From: Paraspadella gotoi
Taxonomy: Eukaryota > Animalia > Chaetognatha
Direction of reading: 5' to 3'
NCBI GenBank assembly: GCA_051294375.1
Contig: CM119264.1
Span: 16,899,245-16,963,244 of the forward strand
DNA: 64,000 nt
Part shown: piece after piece, positions 52,496-64,000 of the stretch
How the letters are laid out: each line of letters begins with the position of its first letter
Position numbering within the stretch: the stretch's first letter is position 1
Notes under the pieces: model-generated
Database searches by the model: none
What the model saw: only the letters and a program-made list of their open reading frames with translations
Told to the model about the DNA's origin: nothing
Made by a program: the position numbers and the translations under genes

Positions 52496-55154
52496 TAGAG
52501 TGAGAGAGAGAGAGAGAGAGAAGAGAGAGAAAAAGAGAGAGAGAGAGAGAGGAAGAGAGAGAGAGAGAGAGAGGAGAGAAGAAGAAGAGAGAAAGAGAGA
52601 TATTTTTTTCAAAATGATTACAAAAGAAGAAAGAAAGATGCCGAATGAAAATTCCAAAAGAAGGGGGGAAGATGGGTAAAATGTAAATTAAAAAAGGGGA
52701 GTGGAAAGAAGGCAAAATGAAAATTAGATTTCGGCGTAGGAGGAACGCGAAAGAAAGAAGGAAGGCTTCATTTTCGTGGCGTGGGCAAGATGGCGCCGCC
52801 CGAGCGAAGCCATGGCGCCCGGTCGATTCCATCCACTTCGCGGTGACGAATCCCGAAGAAAAAAAATAGAGAAGAGGGAATGAAATGAGATTCCGTTGAT
52901 ATATCGGCGACGAAAGTGAAGGCGGAGGGGAATGAGACGAGAGAAGATAGAGGATAGATAAGAAAGAGAAAAGTCAGGAGAGGCAAAGAGAAACAAAGAT
53001 AGGAAAAGGAAAACAGAAAGAAAGGTGAAAACTACCGAGGAGTCAATGAGGAGAGCAGGAAATAATTTAGAATAAAAAAAGAAGAATTTAAAGAAAGAAA
53101 TGCTGAGAAGCTCAAGGTGGAAGTGACTGAGGCCTCAACGTTGAATGTAGAATTTCTCGTAAAAACATAACTCTTTTATTCTTGACGAGGAAATGTGAAT
53201 CGTGGATTCCGAACGCAAGACGAAGCAACGACACGATTTCGTCAAAAAAAAGTCAAAACTTCGGTCGCACAGCAAAATTTTTGAAAAAAAATTGTTCTTC
53301 AGATGAATCTTTGGCTCCGTTTTTAGTTGGAATGCGATTTTGGTCGAAGAAGGAATTTTAAAAAAAAATGGCGAGGAAAGGAAATAAGAGGAGAAAATAA
53401 AAGAAGTGAATAAAAGGAAAATAAAAAAAGGGAGGAGTAAAAAGGACAAAAACAAAGAAGCGAAGCAGAGAATCGTAAAGAAAAAAGAACGAAAAAAAAA
53501 ACATGGAAAAGTTAAAAAAAAAAGGCAGACTGACGTGATAAGTAAAAGTTAAGAAAACATAATAAACTATAAAACTTTTGAAAGAAAGAAATTACAAGTT
53601 TAAGGGACAGAAAGGGAGGAAATAGGAAAGCTAAAGAATTAACATAAAAGAAAAAAAACGCTAAAAGGCAAAAAACTAAGAAGAGGAAAAGGGGGAGGGG
53701 CGAACGACAAACGCCGATGAAAAATCGCGACAGAACGCTTCGCGCTACAAACGAAAAGTTCAAGCTGTCGTTTCGCTCTCTCTCTCCTCTGTCTCTCTCT
53801 CTCATCTCGAAACCCAGTTTCGTCTCGAGTCGCACGCGGGGGCGCTTAATGATTTTTTTGCCCTCTCATTTTCCAAAAAAAAAAAAAGAAAAAAGAAAAA
53901 AGAAAAGAAAACTCTCCCCTCCCTCGTTTTCTCTTTGCTTAATTCCAACAGGGTTCTCGCGGATTGGGGTAATGAATGTGAATAAATTTTGGTGGCAGAA
54001 AACAGGATTAGAATTGGAAAATGTTCCTTTAAGTTCGTCATTTTGCATCGACTAAAAAGGAAAAGGTTCCAATCGACGCCGCCGGCCGGAGGCTAGTTTA
54101 CTGGACGCCGCAAATTAGCGGCGGCCGGCGGCGGCGGGTACGGCGCCGCGGCGGTAGTGGGCAGAGGGCGAGTGGTGAGGATTGACTATCGAACGGTGGT
54201 AATAAAGAGTAAAGTGATAAAGAAGTTTTCGTTAAACCAGTTAAACCAGGTAAATGTTTTGAAAGCGGAATGTCCGTTGCGGTCGCGGGTAATTCCGGTA
54301 ATCATCCTACGTTTTCAAGTCGTGGGGCGACGAAAGAATTATTATGCGTGAAAGTTTTATTCCGCCGATTTTTTTTTAAAAACTTAAACATTATGGTAGC
54401 AACTAGCAACGCCTCGCTATTGTAAAAATGTTGTGCGGTCGCGAGTGATTCGATTACCTTTTGGTTTAAATTGATTTCAGTTTAATAAATGAATTAATTT
54501 TTTTAAGTTTGTCTCGATTGTTTTTTTTGGGCAGCCAAGGAAGGCAATGAAGGAGGAAAAAAGTTTTGAAGTTTTTTCCCCCAAAGATCGTCCAAAAGGT
54601 TTTTCGGATGACGAGAAGGATGCGGCTAAGTCGGAGAGTAATTTAACCGGATGTTTTATTGGCGAGAAATTCTTTTTTGACAGGAAAACGAAGGAAAAGA
54701 AAATGAAGAAAAAGGAAAAAAAAAGAAAAGGAAAAAGGAGAGAAAAATAAAGAAAAAAGAGGAAAAGAAACCGAAAGAAAAGAGGGAAAACTAAAAGATA
54801 AAAACACGGAGAGGACGAAGAATTCGAAAGCTGAAAGAGAGCGAGAGAAAGATGCCAGAAGGGAAGACAGTAGATAAAATAATAAGAGTCGACAAAGATA
54901 AGAAACAGTGGTAAACAGTAGTACAGAAAAAGGACAGAGGGGACAGAAAAAAACCGTATTTGCTCAAAATTAAGAGTCGAGACAGGAGACAGGAGACGAA
55001 GAGGAGTGGCAATGGGGGGCGGGAGAGTGGAAGGGGAAAAGAGGTTAAGAGGAATAGGGGAAGTGGGAAGAAGGCAAGAGATAAAAAATCTCTACGAAAA
55101 TAATGGTGCAATATTTGTATTCCTGGTAAAATAGGGAAAAAGGAGAAAAAAGAA

Positions 55155-55223
<69 letters not shown>

Positions 55224-55281
55224 AGAGAGTGAGAGGAGAGAGAGAGAGAGAGAAAAGAGAGAGAGAGAGAGAGAGAGAGAC

Positions 55282-57795
55282 TCAATGACATTGGAAACTT
55301 GAATCCTCGTCCGGTCGCACGAAGTTCTCAAGGCGGCGGTTTTTGATTTCGCTTAAAAACAACATGTCGCCCGCCTGCTGGCGCACTATGCACCAAATTC
55401 TGTATGCAGGCGATCCGTTGTACTGCGATTTTCTTAATGCAGCGGCTCTAGCTGCACTAAGTTCTGTCCATGCGGCGCTCCCATTGCACAAATCTCATTC
55501 AATATTCATGCAAGCGTCGCAAAGTGATGATCAATCTTGCTTTGTGCGAGCTTTCCTCTTCCTGTAGATCGATATCCACACTCCATTACACCGTTCGTAC
55601 GTTTCCCAGGCTGCAGCTGCAAGCACAGGAACCTCCAGAACGCGTAAATTCTCTATTAACCTTTTTGACCACCAAGTTTGACTGTTCAAATTAATATGAA
55701 AACTTTCTTAAGAAAAGCTCCCCTACTTTTACTACTCCTCTACTTCGATCATTCCGCTAATATGTACTACCTGTCATTTACTCAATATTTCTCCCTGCTT
55801 CCATACTCTATGGATCCAAAGTCCCAGTTACTCTTAGTCACTAATAAAGCAACTTGTTTACTTCTTTACCTTCTTTCTTGTAGCTTCTCTTATTCGCCCT
55901 ACGTCTTGTGACTACTTTATAGCTCTTCTATACATTTCTCCCCCGATATGTTTTATACTCTGATCCTCTTTCTCTTAACTTTTTCTTAATCTTCCCTTTC
56001 TCTCCCCTCCTCGCTGTCTCTGTACTCTCTCTCTCCAATATGTATTCCTGAGTTTTTTTTCTTAATTCATTCTTTATATTTGGTTTTATCTCTAACCTTT
56101 TTTTTTTTTTGGGGGGGGGGGTAGGGGGTTGAGGGGTTTTGTCGTTCCTTTTTAATTTTACTTATATTATTCTATTAGAAGTCGTGTAAACATTTTTTGT
56201 GGGCAGTATACTGAATCAAATTCCCATTATACTATTATACTATTATTCCATTGTTCAGTATATTAAATTTAACAAAATAAAGAAGACAAAGGAGAATTAA
56301 TTTTCAATTAACTGTCAAACGGAATCGCTTTCAATTTTGCAGCGTAATTTTACTTATGTTTCCTATTGCCTGTATTATTATCTTTTTATGACTTTAACTC
56401 TTTAAGCGATTCACTTCCCATCTTTTAATTCCTCATTTTTTCCGCCTTTACTAACATTTCCCTCTTTTCCTCTCCCTCTTCCTTCTTACTCTCTTTCTTT
56501 CTCTCTCTCATCCTTCTCTCTCTCCCACTCTTCCCTTCGTCGTGTAGTCGTGCCGTCGTCAATCGTCAATCGTCGTCGTCGTTGTCGGTGGCGTCCTCTC
56601 CGTCAAGCTTTCATCATTGTTTTTTTTACCTCCGAAACCTAATAATCATCATTTTTATTAGTTGAATTATATCTGCCAAGATCATCCGTCCTTTCGCTCC
56701 TTCTGCTTCTTTTCCCTCCCCATCCCTTCCCCTCATTGTTCCTCTCGTTTCTTTCGTCTTCCTCTCTGTTCCCTTACCTCCTCTCTCATGGCCCGCTCTT
56801 CTTATCACTTTCCTCTAATTCGCCGCACCATTTGTGTTGATCTCGTGCTCTGTTCGGTTTCGTCACGAGATGGCGCCACCTCCGTTTCGCTGTGCAACTC
56901 CCTGACACGTGAGGGCGCCCTTATTTGCAGCTCTCGCCGGATCCCGTCGCCATTTTCCAGGTTTTCGTCGTCCTGTCGTGTCGTCGGTCGACGTCTCGAT
57001 TTCCTCATTCGCTGTCGGTCTTTCTTCAGCCGTCAATAAGGCAAATAATGTTTCCGGTTGTTCGGCTTCGTTGACTTGCTAAATCCGTATCTCAGAGCTA
57101 CTGGAAGCAAAAAGACGTCGGAAAAAAATAAGGCAGGCGTTTCATAGTCGCGTCAGCAACGTAGGACAAGTAGAAAACCAATATCAACTTAAACGTAAAA
57201 CTGGTGAATCGTTACACTTGTACTTGTAACTTCTGAACTTTTGTGTTGCCCTCGTTGCATATGCATTTCCTAAAATATGTACAGAAATCTAAGGCATACT
57301 TCGACGATCAACTGAACTACTAAAAAAGAAGAACTAAAGATATAATTATTTACACTAGTTTATAGATGCAGTTGATATCTAGGTAGATGCATTACCATTA
57401 AACGAAAGCTCCTTTTCTTCTTATACCAAGTTGAAGTTGATGAAAAGTCGGCCGAACCCATCAGCGTCAATCCTTATGTAGCCCGAGCCCCTATTGCCCG
57501 ATGCCCCGATCAAGGAGCCCAAGCCGAATCCTAGCCATAAGCCCAAGCCCGAGCCACCTAGTCATAGTACTATCCCAAGCTCCGATTTATCGCAGAGACT
57601 GAGACAAGCACAACTCACGCCGGAATGCAAATCATCAAGTCGCCGGACTCCGATCGCGCCTGCAACATTTCTGGAGGGAGACGCCGGGGATGTGGGAGTC
57701 GGGGGACATTGGGCTTGAGGGGATGAGTTGATTGGGCTTAGGGGGGAACGAGGAGATTGGGTGGGCGGTTGGCCTCGGCGTTCGACGTCTGGCAT
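55282..57795 (-). CDS. Probable damaged or low-quality minus-strand gene: first exon 57619-57795, further exon-like segments at about 56880-57100 and 55282-55681
   Basis: MPDVERRGQPPTQSPRSPLSP...RRLDDLHSG followed by a gtgagt donor. GC-richer, non-repetitive segments with partial ORFs (...QQAGDMLFLSEIKNRRLENFVRPDEDSSFQCH*). Frames are broken and no family was recognised. Confidence 0.35.
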
Positions 57796-59122
57796 CCTTT
57801 GTTTGCCGACCGCTTCGACAATTCACCAGTTTATGCAAATTGAGGGCAAAATTGGTGGCGGAGGCGGGCGCTGATGAAAAAATCGATGAGATTGAGAGAG
57901 AATCGAATCAAAAATTACATTAGCGGTTCGATTCACTTGCGTAAACGCATAAATCGAAAAGTCAAGAGATTTTTCAACGAGCAAGTCGAGAGATTTGTGG
58001 TTTCTTCGTTCAATATTTTTTTAAATTTTGGTTTTAGGTACTTATAATCTCACTTTGCGGTGTTAACAATTATATACAATAAAATAAATTTAATAATTTA
58101 AGTCACATCGGCACAAACTTAAAATTGTAAGTTCGTAAGTTGCAACGAATGGCAAGGATAAATTTTCGACGCTCTCACACTGATTGGCACTTCCATGCTA
58201 ATCGTTCTCTCTTCAGGCGGGATTTGGTCAAATCAATCTAATTTCCCCCCCACAACATCGCCTCTCTTCTCTCTCTCTCCTCTCTCCCTCAGTCTCGACT
58301 CTCTCTCTCCGTTCTGATTCTCTCTCTCTCTCTTCTTCTCTCTCTCTCTCTCTCTCTCATCTCCTCTGCTCTCTCGTCTCTTCTCTCAACACGAAAAAGC
58401 TACGTATAACGATTTTCAATAGGTTCTAATGCCGACTGGACATAACTTTCTTATTTAAAAGATTTTTTTCGCCAAAGATTTAAAGAAAACAGCGAAAGGG
58501 AGGAGGAGGAAGAGCTAAAAAGTGGGGAGGGGAAAAGTGATAGGAGAGAAAGAGAGGAGAGAAAGGAAATGAAAAAGAGAGGGAAGGGGTGAAAAAAAGA
58601 ACAGAGGCGAGAGAATGAACTAGAAAGATATAGACATAATCTATTTTTTAAACTTAAAAAGTAAATAATGTAAAACTTTCTTTGCACATGCTTTTTTAAA
58701 ATTAACAATTAATTTATAGAGTGCATTTTTTTTTACTTTTTTTTCCCGGTAGCCGTAGGTTTAAAAATTTTGTTTTGAAAATTTTTTTCATCTTTAAATA
58801 ATTTATTAAATTATCTTTTCAACGGTTTATTTATTTCCTAATGACAGACTTAAAAAAAAAAAAAAAAAATCTATTCTTGTCATAAAACGACTTTCGAAAA
58901 AAAGATAAAATGTGGAAAAGGTTTTAACCTTATGCTGCTGCTGTCACGGCGGCGCTGCGGCGGCAAGCTGTAACGGCCCAGCGCCGTCTTAACTGAAGAT
59001 TTTCGGGTCAACGACAATTCGGTTTTCAAGATGATGGAATCATGATCCAATATTGAAAGCCTCGGTGGTGACGAAGGCGAAACGAAAAAGAAGGAAAGAT
59101 TGAAGCTTACCTAATCTCTCTC

Positions 59123-59154
<32 letters not shown>

Positions 59155-59566
59155 TTATGCATGGGACATTTACACGGTCGGCGATGAACAAATTATCTCA
59201 TTAATAATTTTATTTGACGTCGGGAATTAGTTAATTCGTTCACGAATCAGAAATTTTAAAAACACGTGCGGGGACACGCACCCAAGAAAACGCACACATG
59301 AAGTATGGCAAAGAAAAGATATGCTCGTTGCACGCAGAGAGACACACAGACACACAAGCTTGGATTGGTGAATTTTTCTGACTTCGGGGAAAAAATGGCG
59401 GAAGTTGAGTAAATCTTCATCATAGACAAGAGTCGAAGTTGATTGGGGGAAAGTTATCCGCGGCGAGCCGCCGGCGGGCAGCTAGGAGCCCATCTAGACT
59501 ACAGCACAATGAGATTTATTTTATCGCCGTTTAAGCAGAGAGAGAGAGAATGAGAGAGAAAAAAAG

Positions 59567-59645
<79 letters not shown>

Positions 59646-62600
59646 GAGAAGAGAAGAAGGAGCTCCAAGGGACTGGTAAGTTGGTTATGATGTAAAAATA
59701 TAGTGGATTTGTGGATAGAATGAGCGAGATACAGAGAACGAAAGGACATAAAATCGAAGGAAATTGAGTTAAGGAGGGACGGGGAGACGAGAAACTAAGA
59801 CCCAGAAGAGAAAGATGGAGTTGAAAAAAGTAAGAGAGAGAAAAGGAGATGGAAGGGTAAATAAAATGAAAAAAGCTCATCGGCGTGGATGGAAACGCGT
59901 TGAAAAAAAAAAGTAGAAAAGAAAATTGGAAGAAGGGAAAGTTGTTCCTTTGTTTGTGTTCGCCCTGGGGGAATCAAGGGGGCGGGAAGACGAGGAGAGA
60001 AGGAGGGGAAGGCATGGGAGAAGAGGGACGAGGGACGAAAACAGACGGGGGAAAGTAGAAAACAGGAAGAGAGATTGGTGGGGAATAAGTAGAAAGAGGA
60101 AAGAAGGAAGATGGGAGACGATTGAATCGAGAATAAGGAAGGATAAGGGAAATGAGTGGGGAATCGGGCTTCGGGGTTTAGTTGGGACTCAGGCCTCGGT
60201 GGGGGGGAAACAAAAAAACGGAAAGGGCTTTGGGGTATAAGCAGAAAGGTAAAGGAAAAAATTTGGACTTGGGAGACAAAACCCAAAAAAGATATGAGAA
60301 TCCCCTTGACGGATGAGCCGACTCGTGGCCATGGGGTAAAAGGGTGAGGCCAGGATCGAAGGGTGAGGAGAGGCCCTGGAAATTTGATTCGCCCGGAGGG
60401 ACAACAAAAGAGACCATTGGACTAATAGGTTGAGAAAAAAAAAAGGAGGCCGAGGAATAAGAATGGAAAAGCCGTATGCGTCTACGTCGTTGTCGTCTAC
60501 GGAGTCTTTCTCGTAGTCGTCGTAGTCGTCGGCATCGTCGTCGTCAATTTTTGCTCCATAGCGACTTTCCTTGTCTTTGTTACCGCCGTCGTTTCCATGG
60601 TTTCCGCCGTCATCTTTTCCGCCGCAAGAATCCATTTTGCGTTGAAATCTTCAGAAGCGGATGTCTTCGTTGTCTGTTTGTCGTTGTTGTCGTCGTTCAC
60701 GTAATCTTCGCTGTCGTCGTCGTTGTTGACTTCATTTCCTTTCTTAAAAAGTAGCGATTTATTTTCTCTCTCTAAATCTTTTTCTTTGGTACTCTTGACT
60801 CCTGACGATTGAACAAACGCTTGACTCTTCAGCTCCACGTATCACCTTCCTATACATAACTATACGATATATCACCTTACTTTCGCTTTTCTTCCGTCTT
60901 TTCTCTCTTCGTCTGCCTTCCCTCTCAATCTATACCATTTTCTAATCTCAACTTTCCTCCCTTTGTCAACTCTTTTCCCTCGACCCTGATACTTGGCTGC
61001 CTCCCGTCCCTCCTTCTCCTTTGCCTTTTACTTCTTCTTTTATTTCTCTCCTTCTGGCCAAATGCGCGACTATATTAAAGGGCGTCCGAAAATAACCGAA
61101 AACAAGAGGATCGAGGGAGGAAGGGCGGTGGGGAGGGGGAGGGTTCGGTGACCGAAGAAAATCTCGCACCCGATGTCAACTGCCGACGTCGCTGCCGACG
61201 CTGCTTTAGTTGCGGGTGCCGACGCTACCAGTATCAGCGCTATGTCGCCGTCGCCACCGCCGAATAAAACGACACCAGTTTTGATGTTCGGAGAGCTTGT
61301 TCAATGTTCAATGTTCAATGTTCATTGTTCAATTGTTCATTTATGCTTGACGTTAAAGGTTCTTTATGACGCAATTTCATATAGTCTTCGAATTACGAAC
61401 GTATTGTCGAAAACGAAAAATACTACTTATCTACTAATCCTGTGCATTCGAGCACTTTCTGTGAGAACTTACTAAACAGAAAAAAACGTTTAAAAAAATC
61501 CTAGTACACTTTAATATGCAAATCGTTGTTAGCTCCTCTAGGGATATGCGTTGTCATATTTAGCAACGCACCGTCAGTGCCTAATATAATCGGTCATTGA
61601 ACCCAATTCCCTTATCACCAAACTTGAGTTGACGTCAAAATCTTACTTCCGATTTTTTCTAATCTTTACTTCCGAAGATTAACATCGCTTTATCCGCAAA
61701 TATTCTCCCGCGGAAAGCTACTTTTCACTGTGAAGTAAGCAACTGTTTCCGCTTAGATAACAGCTATGTAGAGCTTAAGTTAAGAAATTAAAATTTATTA
61801 CTTTTTCCTTCTTAAATTTTATCAAGAAAATATTTTGAATGCGTTTCTTTCAAATTAATTAAAAAGATAAAGAAGAAAGTTACTTTTGTTAAAATATTAT
61901 TATATTTTCATTATCATAGATTAAATTATAAAGAAAAAAAAAACAACAAATGACTGAAATAGACTCCCCTGGGCGAATCAGAAACGACGTTCGTTGCGCT
62001 TAGACCTCGAGTCGAGCGCAGATGTTTTCTCTCAGATGTTTTGTTTATCGAATGAATTTCTCGAGACTCAAGCTGACAATCGACGCAGAAACGAAAGGGG
62101 TTTATTTCGGCTGTGGTAGAGCGCGTCGGGTCAGGGTTGGCCGCGCGGTAGGGTTCGAGTCCGCCGAGGTTGGGTAAGATATTAGTGAGGGATTAAAGAA
62201 GGTGGCTTTGGATGAGTGCGTGAACGGAAAGTGGGAGAGCTTTTCTTAGGAGGGAAGTGATTGGAAATGGAACATTAATTTGAGAGTCGGAGGTGAGGTA
62301 CAAGTTGACGAGGTCACTCCAACGCGAGTTGGAAAGAAGGGAAGTAAAGTAGGTGAAGGAAGTCGACGTAAGTTCCGCACAAAAAAAAAACCACATTTCA
62401 TTCAAACCGAACGAATATTAAAATAGTTGTCGCGTAATTAGGTATCTAGGTAAAACTGCGCAATTAATAGAGAAAATTTCAAGAGCAACTTTCTGAGCCA
62501 GGCTGTTTAAAGTGTTTATACTTGAATACGATTTATGTAGCATCTAATCTTGTTTGTAAAACTTTCATAGTTAGATGCAGCGCCTTCGGCAGCGGAGCGA

Positions 62601-63077
62601 GAAAGAGCGCCGGCCGGTGATGGAGCCCTCGGGCGTTTTTTTTTATCTCTCTGCTTTTCTGTATCTAGATTCTAGAGTTTACACTGAGCTCTGTGTATAT
62701 AGGAAAATTTATAACGGAAAAAAATGGTGACGAAAGGTTCTTTCACTTACCTTTTCTGAATTAATTTATTATTTTGTTAGTATATACTAATACGTATTTT
62801 TAGCGTATTTTAACTTATTTTTTGTATCATTCAATTTTGAAATTTACAGACAAAACGTTGAAAAAGAAAGAAAATAAGTTTAATTGTGAGGGGTTGAAGC
62901 TCTGTGAAGTTAAAGGTGATCACGAAGGTGAACATGAAGCGAGAACACAAATTTACAGACGCTCGGGAGTCGGGATGAATTTTTTTTTTTTTTTTTTGAA
63001 AAATTTTCCCGATGACTGTGAATTTTAATCCTTCGTCAAATTCGATGAGAGGGAACGAGCAGAGCCGAGAGAGAGAA

Positions 63078-63121
<44 letters not shown>

Positions 63122-63123
63122 GA

Positions 63124-63159
<36 letters not shown>

Positions 63160-63643
63160 TGCGGTGAGGGAAATAGACGAGAAGAGGATAATGGACGAGA
63201 ATGGAGGGTAGAGGAGGGAGTAGCAGAGAGAGAGAAACGAGACTGAGAGAGAGTGAGAGAGAGAGAGAGAGAGAAGAGAGAGAGAGAAGATGAGAGAGAG
63301 ATGGAACCGGAGAGAGAGGAGGAGGTACTTGAAAAGTAGTAGGTGAAGGTGTAAAGACGGAAAGAGAGCCAGTGGGAGGTTGAGAGAGAAGAAAGACACT
63401 TAAGGAAACTTAAAATTCTGAGAGGGAAAAACTAAGTAATTCATTTTTATTCCATCGATAAGTGAAATATCAGGGTTATGTTAATATCCAGACGTAACAA
63501 TTTTATTTTTACGATCGAAGTTGAAATTACTCTGTTTTTGACGAATCATTTTTCGAGTTGTTTTGAGGACGAGAAACGCGAAATTTTATTATCGGAAAAA
63601 TAGAGATGAGATTAAACAGAGAGAGGGAGCTAGAGAGAGAGAG
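59123..63643 (+). repeat. Large duplicated block, copy 3 (partial)
   Basis: Matches about 36440-39103, then about 50470-52430; 63669-63900 repeats about 63437-63643 across a 25-N gap. Confidence 0.9.
62106..62168 (+). other. tRNA-like relic / possible tRNA-derived SINE head (copy at about 50820-50883)
   Basis: A-box-like TGGTAGAGCG and B-box GGTTCGAGTCC about 28 nt apart, flanked by complementary tcggc/gccga; the 5' side of the D-arm is missing, so not a functional tRNA. Confidence 0.35.
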
Positions 63644-64000
63644 NNNNNNNNNNNNNNNNNNNNNNNNNTCATTTTTTTATTTTCGTCGATTAAGTGAAAT
63701 ATAAGGGGTTATGTTAATATCGCACCGCGTTGAACATGTTATTTTTTACGATCGAAGTTGAAATTCCTCTTGTGTTTTGACAGAATCATCTTTGGCGAGT
63801 GTTTAGAGGACGAGAAAACGCGATATTATTATTCGGAAAAAATAGAGATGAGATTAAACAGACGAGAGGGAGCCTAAGAGAGAAGACTAGAGCAGAAGAC
63901 GAGAAAGAACAGGAGAGAGAGGAGAGAGAGAGGAGAGGAGGAGAGGAGAAAGAGAGAGAGACGGAGAGAAAGAAGAGGAGACGAAGAGATGAGAGCAGAG

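Noticed and set aside
60497-60838. Thr/Asp-rich minus-strand ORF (also near 37.8-38.1 kb and 48.0-48.4 kb)
   Set aside because: Same decayed GAC-repeat texture as the intronic patches, no in-frame acceptor found, and the frame is not preserved between copies; coding not excluded but unsupported.

Overview
Eukaryotic (metazoan, probably invertebrate) genomic DNA from a draft assembly. It is AT-rich, dense in (AG)n/(AAT)n/(GAC)n microsatellites, and has GT-AG introns and many N gaps. Almost all long entries in the ORF track are microsatellite or gap artefacts, so genes were rebuilt by hand from splice sites and reading phase. The left half (1-29 kb) holds three genes. (i) A minus-strand gene running off the left edge, with a PTB/PID-like domain. 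(ii) A plus-strand CRP/MLP-family (CSRP, muscle LIM protein) gene whose first coding exon can join either a terminal exon (one LIM, 95 aa) or four downstream exons (two LIMs, 207 aa). (iii) A 12-exon minus-strand type II transmembrane C-type lectin (about 517 aa) with a Tyr-motif cytoplasmic tail, TM helix, coiled-coil neck and EPN/WND lectin domain, plus one apparent 1-nt frameshift. The right half (31-64 kb) is mostly two to three noisy copies of one 8-11 kb block; exact 25-N gaps and indel-rich copies point largely to long-read gap-filling or haplotype duplication. It contains pieces of an unrecognised plus-strand gene, a 1-kb TIR element present in only one copy, a small MITE, a tRNA-like A/B-box relic, and a damaged minus-strand gene near 55-58 kb. 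An intronic 255-bp palindrome at 446-700 carries two degenerate Penelope-type minimal hammerhead ribozyme motifs. I found no convincing evidence of a wholly new biological system; the best leads are the split-LIM alternative splicing, the lectin receptor architecture and the hammerhead palindrome.
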